Part shown: positions 1-9,848 of the stretch, one piece after another
Numbering within the stretch: position 1 is the first letter of the stretch
Layout: every line of letters starts with the position of its first letter
Assembly (NCBI GenBank): GCA_046317855.1
Contig: JBKCVM010000034.1
Location: 1,985-65,984, forward strand
From: Oligoflexia bacterium
GTDB taxonomy: Bacteria; Bdellovibrionota; UBA1018
Reading direction: 5' to 3'
DNA: 64,000 bases
The notes under the pieces: model-generated
What the model was told of the DNA's origin: nothing
What the model saw: the letters and a program-made list of their open reading frames with translations, nothing else
The model's database searches: none
Made by a program: the position numbers and the translations under genes

Positions 1-363
1 ACTGGTTAGTTTTCCAGATCGGTCTAAGATCATTTCAAAAACAGCCGAAGTGTCCAGGGAGTTTGGAACCAGATAAGCTTTAGTGGTGGTGGTGTTTGCT
101 GCCACATAGACCGGATTCGTCAGAACGCTCTGGATAGAGGCAGGGATGAGGGTAAGTTCAGCCGCGGAGCATCCTGGGGGTTTTCCTTCAACAAAAGCGC
201 AAAGAGTCATGGCTTTAGCTTGGGTTGAATAAAAACCACTCATCGCAGTGGGGTCGGTGGCCTTGACAATACGATTTCCGAGTCTGCACCCTGAAGAAGC
301 AAGTGCGACTGCGACACTCAGGGCAGCCAAGGGAGAAGCCAAAACGGATCGAAATTTTTCCAT
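1..363 (-). CDS. lipoprotein, N-terminal part; the gene runs off the window start with no in-window stop
   Basis: Not in the ORF track because there is no stop inside the window. Minus-strand ATG at 363 with GGAGG 8 nt upstream. Translation MEKFRSVLASPLAALSVAVALASSGCRLGN... shows a signal peptide plus lipobox (LASSGC). The frame stays open down to position 1. Confidence 0.45.
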   Translation of the reverse strand, partial: MEKFRSVLASPLAALSVAVALASSGCRLGNRIVKATDPTAMSGFYSTQAKAMTLCAFVEGKPPGCSAAELTLIPASIQSVLTNPVYVAANTTTTKAYLVPNSLDTSAVFEMILDRSGKLTS

Positions 364-388
364 CGAATGAAGCCTCCGTGCTTTCATC

Positions 389-408
389 AGAGATCTCTAG
401 AGATCTCT
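389..408. repeat. two tandem copies of the palindromic decamer AGAGATCTCT, forming a 20-bp perfect palindrome
   Basis: Read directly: cAGAGATCTCTAGAGATCTCTct, with a degenerate third copy (AGAACTCTCT) following. It lies between the stop of the upstream minus-strand gene (482) and the SD/start of the partial lipoprotein gene (363). Confidence 0.5.
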
Positions 409-481
409 CTAAAGAACTCTCTGACAATCGTTTCGGAGTAAGGCCTTGCTCACTGAATAGGATAAATTTGCCGGCTCAAGC

Positions 482-1192
482 TTAAGGCAGACGTTCGAGA
501 TCCGCGACGCTCTTACATTGAAATGGGGGGCTCTCTTGGATTTCCGTTTTTAAAGGGCTCCACCATTCGGATCGGTAGTGATGACCGGGAAAAATCACAG
601 ATTCGTCATCAAACTGCCGGTAGCGCTGTAGGCTCGCAAACATTTGCTCCGTGCTCCCTGTGGGCAGATCCGTTCGTCCGCAGTCTCGAATGAACAACGT
701 GTCTCCGGTTAAAAGAAGTGTACGGGGACTGGCCGGGCCTCTCAGAATTTCAAAAGTTAATGCTCCTGCTGAATGGCCCGGCATATTCCAGGCGCGGAGC
801 TCAAGGCTTCCCACTTTGAAACAGTCCCCATCCTGAAGCATCTTGAAGTTGGGCTCGAGCTTGAGCCTGAATGCATCAGCTGGGTGAAGCAAGACCTCGA
901 GTTGCTTGAAGCGGGACAGCAAAGCCGGAAGGCCGGCTACGTGATCGTGATGGGTATGAGTCAGGAGAACACATTGAAGCTCAAGGCCGTGGTCTTCAAG
1001 AAAAGCCATCGGCTGAGAAAGATCCTTTTGCGGATCTACCCATGCAGCTTTTTTTGTAGACCAATCGATGACGAGATAGACCAGATTTTGCATTGGGCCG
1101 ATCTCAAACTGCACCAGAGGCGATCGAGGGTCCTCCCAGCTTTCAAGTGGCCATCGTTGAAATTGGGGCAACTGCGGATTTGAGCTACTCAT
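482..1192 (-). CDS. MBL-fold metallo-hydrolase (hydroxyacylglutathione hydrolase-like)
   Basis: 236 aa. Motif LLTHTHHDHVAG (HxHxDH zinc site) with later His/Asp positions typical of the metallo-beta-lactamase fold. Confidence 0.75.
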   Translation of the reverse strand: MSSSNPQLPQFQRWPLESWEDPRSPLVQFEIGPMQNLVYLVIDWSTKKAAWVDPQKDLSQPMAFLEDHGLELQCVLLTHTHHDHVAGLPALLSRFKQLEVLLHPADAFRLKLEPNFKMLQDGDCFKVGSLELRAWNMPGHSAGALTFEILRGPASPRTLLLTGDTLFIRDCGRTDLPTGSTEQMFASLQRYRQFDDESVIFPGHHYRSEWWSPLKTEIQESPPFQCKSVADLERLP

Positions 1193-1283
1193 GGACTGCC
1201 TGAGATTCCCTGGGACTGCCTGACAAGTATATGAAGTTCGTCCCTCGAGACGCTCCCTCGTTACTTTGGTTAGAATGCAGGGC

Positions 1284-1326
1284 TCTTAAAAACAAAGCAG
1301 GTCTCCCCAAGGAGAGACCTGCTTTG
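1284..1326 (-). terminator. rho-independent terminator after lipoprotein gene 1341..2075 (hairpin is symmetric, possibly bidirectional)
   Basis: Perfect 12-bp stem AAAGCAGGTCTC / GAGACCTGCTTT with loop cccaagga. On the minus strand it is followed by TTTGTTTTT. Confidence 0.55.
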
Positions 1327-1340
1327 GGTTTTGTCTTGAA

Positions 1341-2075
1341 TTACAGAACTTTGAACATCCCGTCACCGCGCACGTAATAACTCTGAGTCATTTGCAGGGT
1401 GTTCATGATGGTTGTGACTGAAGCGTCGATCAGCAGCTCTGCGGCTGCCAGCGGGCGTTCTAGTGAACCCGCGTTCGTGATGCTGGGCATCGATACCTTC
1501 ACGTTCATGTTAAAGCCCCAGGCGACGTAGACGTTTTCAGGCAGAATGGTGACGTTCTGTAGATAGTTTCCTTTGGCGTCGAGGGTGCCACCTGGCGTAA
1601 ATAGGACTCGGTAAGTCAGGGTCACGACCTCCACGCCATAGAAATTTTTCAGGCGCCAAGCATAGCGTTTTGAAACCGGGGTCTTCCAGCCGGTCAGTTG
1701 TTGCCATTCTAGGGTGCCTTTCGGAAGAACATCGGCCCGGTTGTACGTGGCGTTGTAAGCGGGTTTTCCGTCATCGACAATTTTATAGATTTTTTTGCCG
1801 ATACGGACGAGCTGGTCGACTGACTCTTCGACTTCGTCTAGCACACCCTTGCCCGGAGGGGGATCTTGAGGACCTTGGAGAAGGTCTAGCAGAGCTGGGC
1901 TGAGCTCCTCGTCTGGAAGTTCCACGGTCTCACTAGATGTGACATCAAAATAGCGTGGGTTGTTTTGATCTGCTGCGATCGGTGCGCGTTTTCCGCAAGC
2001 AGTGAAGAGCAAAAAAGACAGGACTGGCACAGTAAGAAGAGGTGCCAGACGAGAAAGCGATTGAAAACGGATCAT
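1341..2075 (-). CDS. hypothetical secreted lipoprotein
   Basis: ORF 1341..2132. Internal ATG at 2075 has GGGGGAA 7 nt upstream. N-terminus MIRFQSLSRLAPLLTVPVLSFLLFTACGK shows a signal peptide plus lipobox. No recognisable catalytic motif. Confidence 0.55.
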   Translation of the reverse strand: MIRFQSLSRLAPLLTVPVLSFLLFTACGKRAPIAADQNNPRYFDVTSSETVELPDEELSPALLDLLQGPQDPPPGKGVLDEVEESVDQLVRIGKKIYKIVDDGKPAYNATYNRADVLPKGTLEWQQLTGWKTPVSKRYAWRLKNFYGVEVVTLTYRVLFTPGGTLDAKGNYLQNVTILPENVYVAWGFNMNVKVSMPSITNAGSLERPLAAAELLIDASVTTIMNTLQMTQSYYVRGDGMFKVL

Positions 2076-2144
2076 CTTGAGTTCCCCCCTATGGATGCGC
2101 GACGGATATAAAAGAGGGGGCACCAAGCGCAAGTAAGAACTTTG

Positions 2145-2771
2145 TTAGGAAAGTTTTGGGCGAGGGATTTCAACAAGCGGAAAAGTTTTTCCGTACCAGA
2201 GTCCACCGAGGCGAGAGAGTGGATCGAGCTTTTCGAAGGCGAGTCTTCCATCCTCGTAGAGCTCATCTCGAACATGGACTGCAACCACACGACCTACGAC
2301 CAGGGTTGAGGATCCAAGCTGTCCAGAGCCAAACTCCAATAAAGCCTCGAGTTGGCACTCGAATGACAGAGGGGATTCTTTAACGCGAGGCGGCAAAACT
2401 TTACGACTGGGTTCTGCCGTCAGGCCTGATTTTTCGAATTCACTCACTCCGTAGGGATACTCCGCCGAGGCCTGATGGATGGATTTCATGAGGCTGACTG
2501 GAGTGGCATTGATCACGAACTGTCGGATCGCCTCAATGTTGCGAAGAGTGTCTTTCTTCTGGCCCTGGGAGTTTCGAGCAATGGAGACCGAGAGGCAGGG
2601 TGGATCACTCGAGACTGCGTTGTAAAAACTAAAGGGCGCCACGTTGAACACCCCCTCAGGGCTGATCGTGCTGACAGTGGCAACAGGACGAGGGACAACG
2701 CCTCCGGTGAGGAGTTTGTACATCTGCTGCTGTCCCAGTTCTGTAGGATCCAGAAATTTCACTGGGACCAT
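2145..2771 (-). CDS. flavin reductase-like (FMN-binding split-barrel) family protein
   Basis: 208 aa. Pattern [20 protein letters not shown]...[16 protein letters not shown] matches flavin reductase-like domain architecture. The start is uncertain (2771 or 2723); it overlaps the nadA stop. Confidence 0.55.
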   Translation of the reverse strand: MVPVKFLDPTELGQQQMYKLLTGGVVPRPVATVSTISPEGVFNVAPFSFYNAVSSDPPCLSVSIARNSQGQKKDTLRNIEAIRQFVINATPVSLMKSIHQASAEYPYGVSEFEKSGLTAEPSRKVLPPRVKESPLSFECQLEALLEFGSGQLGSSTLVVGRVVAVHVRDELYEDGRLAFEKLDPLSRLGGLWYGKTFPLVEIPRPKLS

Positions 2772-3706
2772 TCCAGCATCCGTAGAAGGGGGGCCTCAGA
2801 GCGTTTTCTCAGGTCTTCGCTTAAAGTAATCTCTGGAGTTTCGTCTCGGAGGGCAGTGTGAAGTTTTTCGAGAGTGTTCAGCTTCATGTAGGGACAGTCG
2901 TTGCATGCACAGTTCTGATTGGGAGGGGCAGGGATGAGTTCTTTGTGTGGAGCCTGCTTGCGCATCTGGTGGAGGATGCCCGCCTCGGTGGCAACGATGA
3001 ATTTGAGCGAGGGTTTTTCGATCACGTACTTGAGAAGTGCAGAGGTGCTTCCGATAAAGCGGGCTCGTGACAGAAGAGAGGCTTCGCACTCCGGATGAGC
3101 GATCAGCTCGGCATCGGGATGTTGGACTTGGAGAGCAGCGATCTTTCGTTCAGAGAAAGTTTCGTGAACGATGCACGCTCCTTGCCAGAGCAGCATTTTT
3201 CTTCCGGTCTCCTTTTCGAGCCATGCGCCTAAGTTTCGATCGGGAGCAAAGAGGATGGGTCTTTCAGTTGGAATTTTTGAAATGATTTTTTTTGCGTTGC
3301 TGCTGGTGCAAATGACATCGCTCTGCGCTTTGATCGCTGCAGAGCAATTGATGTAGCTCACGACGAAATGATCGGGGTGCCGAGCTCTCAGCGCGGCAAA
3401 CGCATCGGGTGGGCATGAGTTGGCAAGCGAACAGCCCGCCCGGAGGTCGGGGAGAACCACTTTGCGCGAGGGATTCAGTATTTTTGCTCCCTCTGCCATA
3501 AAATGGACGCCAGCAAAGACGATCAGCTGTGCCGTGGAGCGTTGGGCTGCTCGGGCGAGCTCCAAGCTGTCCCCTACGAAATCAGCCACGTCTTGGATGT
3601 CCGGCTCTTGATAGTAATGCGCCAGAATAACGGCGTTTTTTTGCTTCTTGAGCCTTTCAATTTCAGAGAAAAGATCGTTCACGACAGTCTTGTAGCTCTG
3701 GGGCAC
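2759..3706 (-). CDS. nadA: quinolinate synthase A
   Basis: 315 aa. N-terminal [20 protein letters not shown] and overall length/pattern typical of NadA. Apparent GTG start at 3706. Confidence 0.85.
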   Translation of the reverse strand: MPQSYKTVVNDLFSEIERLKKQKNAVILAHYYQEPDIQDVADFVGDSLELARAAQRSTAQLIVFAGVHFMAEGAKILNPSRKVVLPDLRAGCSLANSCPPDAFAALRARHPDHFVVSYINCSAAIKAQSDVICTSSNAKKIISKIPTERPILFAPDRNLGAWLEKETGRKMLLWQGACIVHETFSERKIAALQVQHPDAELIAHPECEASLLSRARFIGSTSALLKYVIEKPSLKFIVATEAGILHQMRKQAPHKELIPAPPNQNCACNDCPYMKLNTLEKLHTALRDETPEITLSEDLRKRSEAPLLRMLEWSQ

Positions 3707-3782
3707 TGGGGCTGCAAGGGCAGCCCGCCGCGAGAACGGGCTTTACGGAAGGCACACCCTTGGACTAGGGTCCGACCACCTC

Positions 3783-4121
3783 ATGAAGTTTTTGAATTGG
3801 TTGAATCGGTCGTCTGGAGAGCTCCGCGTTTTAAAGCGTGGACACGCGATGCGGGTCATTTTCTTCTACCCCGGTGAGGAGGGAACCTACGTGGATAATG
3901 CCGAGGTTACTCTCTTTGAAAACGGTCTGGTGCACTTGCGTTCTTCACTCGAGGAAACCACAACCCATCTTCAAAACTGCGAGATCCTTTGGCGCTTTCG
4001 TGTTGAGGGAGAGGAGCGCGTGGGCCCGGGTGGCAATAAATTGAGGCTTCTCAAGCCTCGAACCGAAGCTGAAAAGCAGGAGCTCGAACAGAACTCGGGA
4101 ACTCCACCCGAGTCGTTGTAA
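3783..4121 (+). CDS. hypothetical 112-aa ORF in the leader region of the ABC transporter; may be non-coding
   Basis: The ORF has no convincing SD and no recognisable domain. It is in the same frame as the following gene, separated by a single TAA. The region contains hairpins and a partial THI-box-like motif (see findings). Confidence 0.25.
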   Translation: MKFLNWLNRSSGELRVLKRGHAMRVIFFYPGEEGTYVDNAEVTLFENGLVHLRSSLEETTTHLQNCEILWRFRVEGEERVGPGGNKLRLLKPRTEAEKQELEQNSGTPPESL

Positions 4122-4133
4122 AGGGAGTGGCGG

Positions 4134-5192
4134 GTGAACTGGATCCGCCTGAATGCCTCAAATCCTCTGTTTCTTGTGGCGGTTCTTTTTGGCGTTGCTG
4201 TCGCTTCCCTAGTTTCTGCAGCCCCACTCCCTCGCGAGCTCCGAGTGCTCACTTACGATAGTTTGGCCGCGCCCGAGGGGCTCGGATCTGCGCTCTTTTT
4301 GGGTTTTGAAAAAAAGTGCGCATGCAAAGTGCGAGTTCAAGCGGCGGGTGATGCTGCACAAATTCTCTCGCGATTGGGACTGGAGGCCGTTCGAAAAAAG
4401 CCAGTCACCCAAGTCGTGGTGGGAATTGACCAGACTCTCTGGCCTGAGGCTAAGAAGTCCGCAGTGAGTCTCGCTGTGAATCCCAAGCAATTGCCTAGCC
4501 TATTACAGGATCTCAGAGCCGAGGTCCGGGATCTCGCGGAGGACGGTTTTGTTCCGTTGGACTGGGGAGTTCACGCTTTGATCACGCGGAGTCCAAAAGC
4601 ACCAGATCTCCTCTCTTGGCGTGACCTTGCAAACCCTGAGTTGAGTAAGAAGTGGATCGTGCAAGATCCCAGGACCTCGACGCCTGGGTTTGCCTTTGTA
4701 TGGGGTGCTGAGGCAGCGCTTAAAGATGGAGCTGCGTTCTTTGGTAGAATTCGAACTCATTGGCTCACACTCGCGTCCGGCTGGTCGGCTTCTTATGCCC
4801 TCTTTTTGAAGGGGCAAGGAGAGTGGGTGTGGAGCTACACGACCAGTCAGGCCTATCATCAAGGTCGTGGGGAGACAGCTTACCGAGCGGTCCTTTTTAA
4901 AGAGGGAAATCCGATTCAAATCGAAGGTGCATTTGCCGTGAAGAACGCGCTTGTCTCTGAAGAGGATCGCAAACTAGCCCGCCAATTTTTGGAGCATTTG
5001 GGGTCAATCGAGGTGCAGAGCCAGGTGCCTGAGCGTCAGTGGATGCTCCCGGTTCACAGAGAAGTGAAACTCCCGGCCGCGTTTGCGACCCTTCCTCAGC
5101 CCCGCAAAGTTTTGTACTGGAATCCTAAAAGTCATGAAACTTTGGGATTTTCTTCGCTGATCCGCAAGTGGGAAGGCTGGATCCGAGAATGA
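4134..5192 (+). CDS. ABC transporter periplasmic substrate-binding protein, thiamine/iron(III)-type (TbpA/ThiB-like)
   Basis: 352 aa. GTG start with AGGGAG SD. Signal peptide (LFLVAVLFGVAVASLVSAAP). Family-level resemblance to TbpA/FbpA-type binding proteins. Followed by a cognate permease and ATPase. Confidence 0.65.
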   Translation: MNWIRLNASNPLFLVAVLFGVAVASLVSAAPLPRELRVLTYDSLAAPEGLGSALFLGFEKKCACKVRVQAAGDAAQILSRLGLEAVRKKPVTQVVVGIDQTLWPEAKKSAVSLAVNPKQLPSLLQDLRAEVRDLAEDGFVPLDWGVHALITRSPKAPDLLSWRDLANPELSKKWIVQDPRTSTPGFAFVWGAEAALKDGAAFFGRIRTHWLTLASGWSASYALFLKGQGEWVWSYTTSQAYHQGRGETAYRAVLFKEGNPIQIEGAFAVKNALVSEEDRKLARQFLEHLGSIEVQSQVPERQWMLPVHREVKLPAAFATLPQPRKVLYWNPKSHETLGFSSLIRKWEGWIRE

Positions 5193-6682
5193 CTCGAAAA
5201 GGGTTGGCTTTGCTCTCGGTTTTGATTTGGGCAGGCCTCTTTGTGCTTCCGGTGGCTGCTCTGATTGTGGAGTGCTCCCATGGGCTTTTGGAAATGGGGA
5301 GTGCGGCCTACTCTTTGCTTTGGTCAAAAGTGGGTTTCACTGCATGGCAGGCAAGCGTGAGTTCCATTCTTTCTGGTGTGCTTGGACTCTTGTGGGGGCT
5401 CCCACTTGCTCGATATCCGCGTGCGCAGGCTTGGTTGAGGGTTCCCTTTGGGGTTCCAACCCTGGCGGCAGTGGCCGCATGGGCGAGTCTGCTTTCCGGT
5501 ACATGGATCGAGTATTCAGCTTGGGCAGTGATTGTAGCCCATGTGGCGTTCAATGTTCCGTGGGTAGCCTTAGCGGTGGCGCAAGCAAGCGCCTCGGTAC
5601 CTCAGGTTTGGAGTGAGTGCGCACGCACTTTAGGGGCTGGCTGGCTTCATCGGTTGAGAGCAGTGGTCTGGCCAGTCATTGGGCCCGCATGGCTTGGAGC
5701 GATGGCACAAGTCTTTTCGTTTTGTGCCTCGAGTTTTGTGATCGTGATGGTGTTGGGAGGAGGGCCTCCGGTTGAAACTCTGGAAACTGCTATTTATTCG
5801 AGTGTCCGCACGGGCATTCTAGATCTGGGGATGGCCACGCGCTTAGCCGTTTGTCAGCTGATCCTTTCCCTTTTGCCCTGGTGGGCGGTACGGATTTTTT
5901 TTGGCAGGACGCAACTTCGCGCCCAAAAGTTGGGGGCTTTGCCTGGTGGCATCCGAGAGCCAGCCTTTGCTCCCGCGGTGGCATCTCTCTGGGCAGGCGT
6001 GTGGGTTCTTCCGTATGTCTTTTTTTTAAAAGACCTCCGATGGCCAGAGTCTGGATGGGGTGTGTTTTGGTCAGCACTCCATTTTCCAATCTTTGTTTCT
6101 ATTGGGATTGCGGCCTGTGTTTCTTTTTTTTCAGTCGTTTGGGCGGGCGCATCTGTCGTTCTGATTCATGGGTCTGGGCTTAGGTTTTGGGCTGAAGCGT
6201 TGCTATTGCTTCCTTCAGGAGTCAGCACGCTGACTCTCTGTATGGGGTTTTGGCTGGCGTATTCTCGATGGGTAGACCCTTTTGAAGGAAGTCTGGTGGC
6301 GCTCATAGCCATTCAGACGGTTGTGTTTTTTCCGCTGGTTTTTCGCAGCTTCTTGCCATTGGCCCGCGCGAGTCCCGTTAGGCTTTGGGAGCTTGCCAGA
6401 AGCCACGGCGCAACGCCTTGGCAAGCCTTTTGGAGTGTGGAGTGGCCCAGGTGGCGTGCTCCGGTGTGGAGTTCGCTTGCCATGGTGAGTGCTGCAAGTT
6501 TGGGGGAGGTTGCTGCAGTAGGTTTTTTTGGTTCGGAGAAACTCGTGACCGTGTCTGGACTCGTTGCTCGATGGATGGGGTCTTATCGGTTTGAGCAGGC
6601 TGGAATACTCGTTGCCGTGATCTTGGGTGTCTCGATGGTTTTGTCGCTGCTTCCGACTGTGGCAAAGTGGGATCGAGCATGA
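5168..6682 (+). CDS. ABC transporter permease with duplicated transmembrane domains (ThiP/FbpB-like)
   Basis: 504 aa, highly hydrophobic. Two-permease-domain architecture typical of thiamine/ferric ABC importers. Overlaps neighbours on both sides, suggesting an operon. Confidence 0.65.
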   Translation: MGRLDPRMTRKGLALLSVLIWAGLFVLPVAALIVECSHGLLEMGSAAYSLLWSKVGFTAWQASVSSILSGVLGLLWGLPLARYPRAQAWLRVPFGVPTLAAVAAWASLLSGTWIEYSAWAVIVAHVAFNVPWVALAVAQASASVPQVWSECARTLGAGWLHRLRAVVWPVIGPAWLGAMAQVFSFCASSFVIVMVLGGGPPVETLETAIYSSVRTGILDLGMATRLAVCQLILSLLPWWAVRIFFGRTQLRAQKLGALPGGIREPAFAPAVASLWAGVWVLPYVFFLKDLRWPESGWGVFWSALHFPIFVSIGIAACVSFFSVVWAGASVVLIHGSGLRFWAEALLLLPSGVSTLTLCMGFWLAYSRWVDPFEGSLVALIAIQTVVFFPLVFRSFLPLARASPVRLWELARSHGATPWQAFWSVEWPRWRAPVWSSLAMVSAASLGEVAAVGFFGSEKLVTVSGLVARWMGSYRFEQAGILVAVILGVSMVLSLLPTVAKWDRA

Positions 6683-7374
6683 GCCTTGAGCTAAAACGAT
6701 TTAGAAAGGCCTTTTCAAACTTTGAATTGCGGGCCCATTTTTCTGTCGAGGATCGAGAGCGCTTGGTGCTTCGAGGTCCAAGCGGTTGCGGAAAAACCAC
6801 TCTTTTTAGATTCATTGCTGGGCTTGACCATAGCCATCGCCATAGCCATAGCCATCGGATAAATGGAGAGCTTTGGCTGGATGGGCGAGAGATCACTGAG
6901 CTAGCTCCTGAGCAGCGCGAGATCGGGGTCGTTTTTCAGGAGCCTATTGTTTTTCCGGCACTGTCGTTAGTTGAGAACGCAGCTTTTGGATTGAAGGTCA
7001 GAGGAGTGCCTCGAGCGCAACGGCACGAAATCGTGCTGCCTTGGTTACGTCGTGTGGGATTGGGGGAGAGGTTGGATGTGGAGCCGGATCAGCTTTCTGG
7101 GGGAGAAAAGCAGAGGCTTTCTTTGGTGCGGGCGGTCGTCTGGAAGCCAAAAGCCTTGCTTTTGGATGAGCCTTTTTCAGCTTTAGATCCGGGTCTCAGG
7201 CAAGAGCTGGGGGAAATTGTCATAGAGTTACATCAAAGCCTGACCGTTCCGCTTGTTTTGGTGACCCATGACCCGCAAGAGGCTTCAAGACTGGGAACCC
7301 GGGAACTTGACTGCCAGATTTTGGACGGTCCGGCAGGCTCGCATCACCGCATTCATGAGTGGGTCGTTCAGTAA
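6667..7374 (+). CDS. ABC transporter ATP-binding protein (ThiQ/FbpC-like)
   Basis: Walker A GPSGCGKTT, signature LSGGEKQRLSLVRAV, Walker B LLLDEPFSALD. Contains an unusual HSHRHSHSHR insertion encoded by a hexanucleotide repeat. Confidence 0.75.
   Translation: MGSSMSLELKRFRKAFSNFELRAHFSVEDRERLVLRGPSGCGKTTLFRFIAGLDHSHRHSHSHRINGELWLDGREITELAPEQREIGVVFQEPIVFPALSLVENAAFGLKVRGVPRAQRHEIVLPWLRRVGLGERLDVEPDQLSGGEKQRLSLVRAVVWKPKALLLDEPFSALDPGLRQELGEIVIELHQSLTVPLVLVTHDPQEASRLGTRELDCQILDGPAGSHHRIHEWVVQ
6829..6858 (+). repeat. in-frame hexanucleotide microsatellite (CATAGC/CATCGC x5) inside the ABC ATPase gene
   Basis: Read directly: CATAGC CATCGC CATAGC CATAGC CATCGG encodes HSHRHSHSHR immediately after the Walker A helix (..FIAGLD-HSHRHSHSHR-INGE..). 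Confidence 0.7.
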
Positions 7375-7409
7375 ACAGGAGCAAATAGACGGCGTCATTG
7401 CGCGAGTCA

Positions 7410-7439
7410 TTGACCTTGGCTTGGGCGCGCGACTAAATT
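7410..7439 (+). promoter_or_regulatory. putative sigma70-type promoter for icd
   Basis: TTGACC (7410-7415), 18-nt spacer, then TAAATT (7434-7439). GAGGAG SD at about 7465 and ATG at 7481. Confidence 0.35.
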
Positions 7440-7480
7440 CAGGACTCCACCTTTGGTTATTTTGAGGAGAACTCGCATCC

Positions 7481-8809
7481 ATGTCTGCAAGCACCCCTTC
7501 GTTCAAAAGTCTGAAAGCCCCGACCCAGGGCGGCCGCATCACTATCGAAAACGGAAAGCTCAAAGTCCCTAAGAATCCGGTCATCCCCTTCATTGAGGGG
7601 GATGGAACTGGGCCTGACATCTGGCGGGCTTCGCAGATGGTCCTCGATGCAGCAGTGGCCAAGGCCTACAATGGAGATCGTAAGATCGAGTGGTTTGAAG
7701 TGTATGCGGGCGAAAAATCTTTCACCCGGTTTAATGATTGGCTTCCAGAAGACACTTTAACCGCCCTTCGTCATTATCTCGTGTCGATTAAGGGCCCGCT
7801 CACGACTCCAGTGGGTGGGGGGATTCGTTCGCTCAACGTGGCTCTCCGGCAGATGCTGGATCTGTACGTTTGCTTGCGCCCGGTGCGCTGGTTTAAGGGG
7901 GTGCCTTCACCCGTCAAGCACCCTGAAAAAGTAGACATGTCGATCTTTCGTGAAAATTGCGAGGACATCTACGCTGGGATCGAGTTCGAAAGCGGCTCAG
8001 AGCAGGTCAAAAAAGTGCTCGCGTTCTTGAAAGAAGCTTTTCCAAAAGAGTACGGCAAAATTCGTTTCCCAGAGTCTTCTGGGATTGGCATCAAGCCCGT
8101 CTCGCGAGAGGGCACAGAGCGCCTTGTAAAGGCTGCAATCGAGTTTGCCATCCAGCAAAAGCGCAAGTCGGTTACCATTGTTCATAAGGGCAACATCATG
8201 AAGTTTACTGAAGGTGCTTTTATGAAGTGGGGTTATGAGCTCGCTGAGCGCGATTATGGTTCCAAAGTCTACACTTGGGCAAAGTGGGAGCGCACCAAGA
8301 AGGAAAAGGGAGAAGAAGCGGCAAACGCTGAAATGAAAGCTGAGCAGGCGGCAGGTAAAGTGATCATCAAGGATGCCATTGCCGACATCACCCTTCAGCA
8401 AGTGCTCACCCGGCCGGATGAATTTGACGTGATTGCCACTCTGAATTTGAACGGGGATTATCTGTCGGATGCTCTGGCTGCACAGGTGGGTGGCATCGGG
8501 ATCGCTCCCGGAGGCAATGTCAACTACGTCACGGGACATGCAGTTTTTGAAGCAACTCACGGTACAGCCCCAAAATACGCCAATCTGGATCGCGTGAACC
8601 CGGGCTCTGTCATTCTTTCAGGTGAGATGATGCTCCGTCACCTCGGGTGGAATGAAGCGGCTGATCTCATCATCAAAGGGATGGATGGCGCCATTGCGGC
8701 GAAGACCGTCACTTACGACTTTGCCCGCTTGATGAAGCAAGAGGGCCAGGCTGGCGTGACCGAGGTAAAGTGCTCAGAGTTTGGTAAGGCAATGATTCAA
8801 CACATGTAA
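7481..8809 (+). CDS. icd: isocitrate dehydrogenase (NADP-dependent, dimeric type)
   Basis: 442 aa. The N-terminal [24 protein letters not shown] and later [12 protein letters not shown] motifs are typical of Icd. Confidence 0.9.
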   Translation: MSASTPSFKSLKAPTQGGRITIENGKLKVPKNPVIPFIEGDGTGPDIWRASQMVLDAAVAKAYNGDRKIEWFEVYAGEKSFTRFNDWLPEDTLTALRHYLVSIKGPLTTPVGGGIRSLNVALRQMLDLYVCLRPVRWFKGVPSPVKHPEKVDMSIFRENCEDIYAGIEFESGSEQVKKVLAFLKEAFPKEYGKIRFPESSGIGIKPVSREGTERLVKAAIEFAIQQKRKSVTIVHKGNIMKFTEGAFMKWGYELAERDYGSKVYTWAKWERTKKEKGEEAANAEMKAEQAAGKVIIKDAIADITLQQVLTRPDEFDVIATLNLNGDYLSDALAAQVGGIGIAPGGNVNYVTGHAVFEATHGTAPKYANLDRVNPGSVILSGEMMLRHLGWNEAADLIIKGMDGAIAAKTVTYDFARLMKQEGQAGVTEVKCSEFGKAMIQHM

Positions 8810-8837
8810 TTGGGCAATAGACCCAGAGGAGCCCGCA

Positions 8838-9836
8838 ATGTCCAAAAAACCTGTCAGAGTTGCAGTTACCGGTGCCGCAGGCCAGATCGGCTATGCGCTT
8901 TTGTTCAAGATCGCTAGCGGAGAGATGCTGGGCAAGGACCAGCCCGTGATCCTTCAAATGCTGGAGCTTCCAGCGGCTCATAAAGCACTGGGCGGAGTGA
9001 TGATGGAGCTTGAGGATTGCGCTTTCCCGTTGCTTGCCGGAATGGTGGCGTCTGACGACCCCAATGTTGCTTTCAAAGATGCGGATGTCGTGTTGCTTGT
9101 GGGCGCCAAGCCTCGGGGGCCCGGAATGGAACGCAAAGATTTGCTGACTGAAAACGGCAAGATCTTTACTGTGCAAGGCGAGGCAATTGGAAAGCACGCC
9201 AGCCCAAACGTGAAAGTGCTGGTGGTGGGAAATCCCTGCAACACGAATTGCTACATCACCATGAAGACTGCACTGAAGCACGGGAGGCAGAAGCCTGAAA
9301 GCTTCACTGCGATGTTGAGACTTGATCACAATCGCGCACTCTCCCAGCTTGCAGCCAAGACTGGAAAAGCGGTTGGCGGCTTCAAAAAGATGATTGTTTG
9401 GGGAAATCATAGCCCCACCATGGTTCCTGATTTTCGTTTTGCCACTGCAGACGGTCAGGCGGTGAAGTCCCTCGTTTCTCCAGGCGGTGACGAGACATGG
9501 AACAAGGAAACCTTCATCCCAAAAGTGGGAAAGCGCGGAGCTGCGATCATCGAAGCGCGAGGTCTTTCATCGGCGGCCTCTGCAGCTAACGCAGCCATTG
9601 ACCATATGCGCGACTGGTGGCTGGGCTCCAAAGGTGAGTGGGTGACGATGGGGGTTCCCAGTGACGGCTCTTACGGAATTCCTAAGGAAGTCATCTTTGG
9701 GTTTCCGTGCACTACTGAAAATGGTCAGTACAAGATCGTGCAGGGACTTGAGATGGATCCCTTCATAAAAGAGAAAGTAGCGGCCACCCTGAAGGAGCTT
9801 GAAGAAGAGCGCGCTGCAGTGGCTTCAATGGTTTGA
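8838..9836 (+). CDS. mdh: malate dehydrogenase
   Basis: 332 aa. [25 protein letters not shown] Rossmann motif and overall pattern of LDH/MDH-type 2 malate dehydrogenases. Confidence 0.9.
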   Translation: MSKKPVRVAVTGAAGQIGYALLFKIASGEMLGKDQPVILQMLELPAAHKALGGVMMELEDCAFPLLAGMVASDDPNVAFKDADVVLLVGAKPRGPGMERKDLLTENGKIFTVQGEAIGKHASPNVKVLVVGNPCNTNCYITMKTALKHGRQKPESFTAMLRLDHNRALSQLAAKTGKAVGGFKKMIVWGNHSPTMVPDFRFATADGQAVKSLVSPGGDETWNKETFIPKVGKRGAAIIEARGLSSAASAANAAIDHMRDWWLGSKGEWVTMGVPSDGSYGIPKEVIFGFPCTTENGQYKIVQGLEMDPFIKEKVAATLKELEEERAAVASMV

Positions 9837-9848
9837 GGTTCGAGCCTC

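Noticed and set aside
215-485. Small ORFs 215..427(-) and 303..485(+) at the left end
   Set aside because: They overlap the better-supported partial lipoprotein gene (SD plus signal peptide/lipobox) and the palindromic intergenic region. They have no SD or motifs.
3860-3925. Possible canonical TPP riboswitch upstream of the thiamine-type ABC transporter
   Set aside because: The GGAUAAUGCC, GAACCU and UGAGG pieces are present, but the P2 strands and the universally conserved GCGUAGGGA segment cannot be found in the correct order. I kept it only as a low-confidence finding needing cmsearch, not as a called feature.
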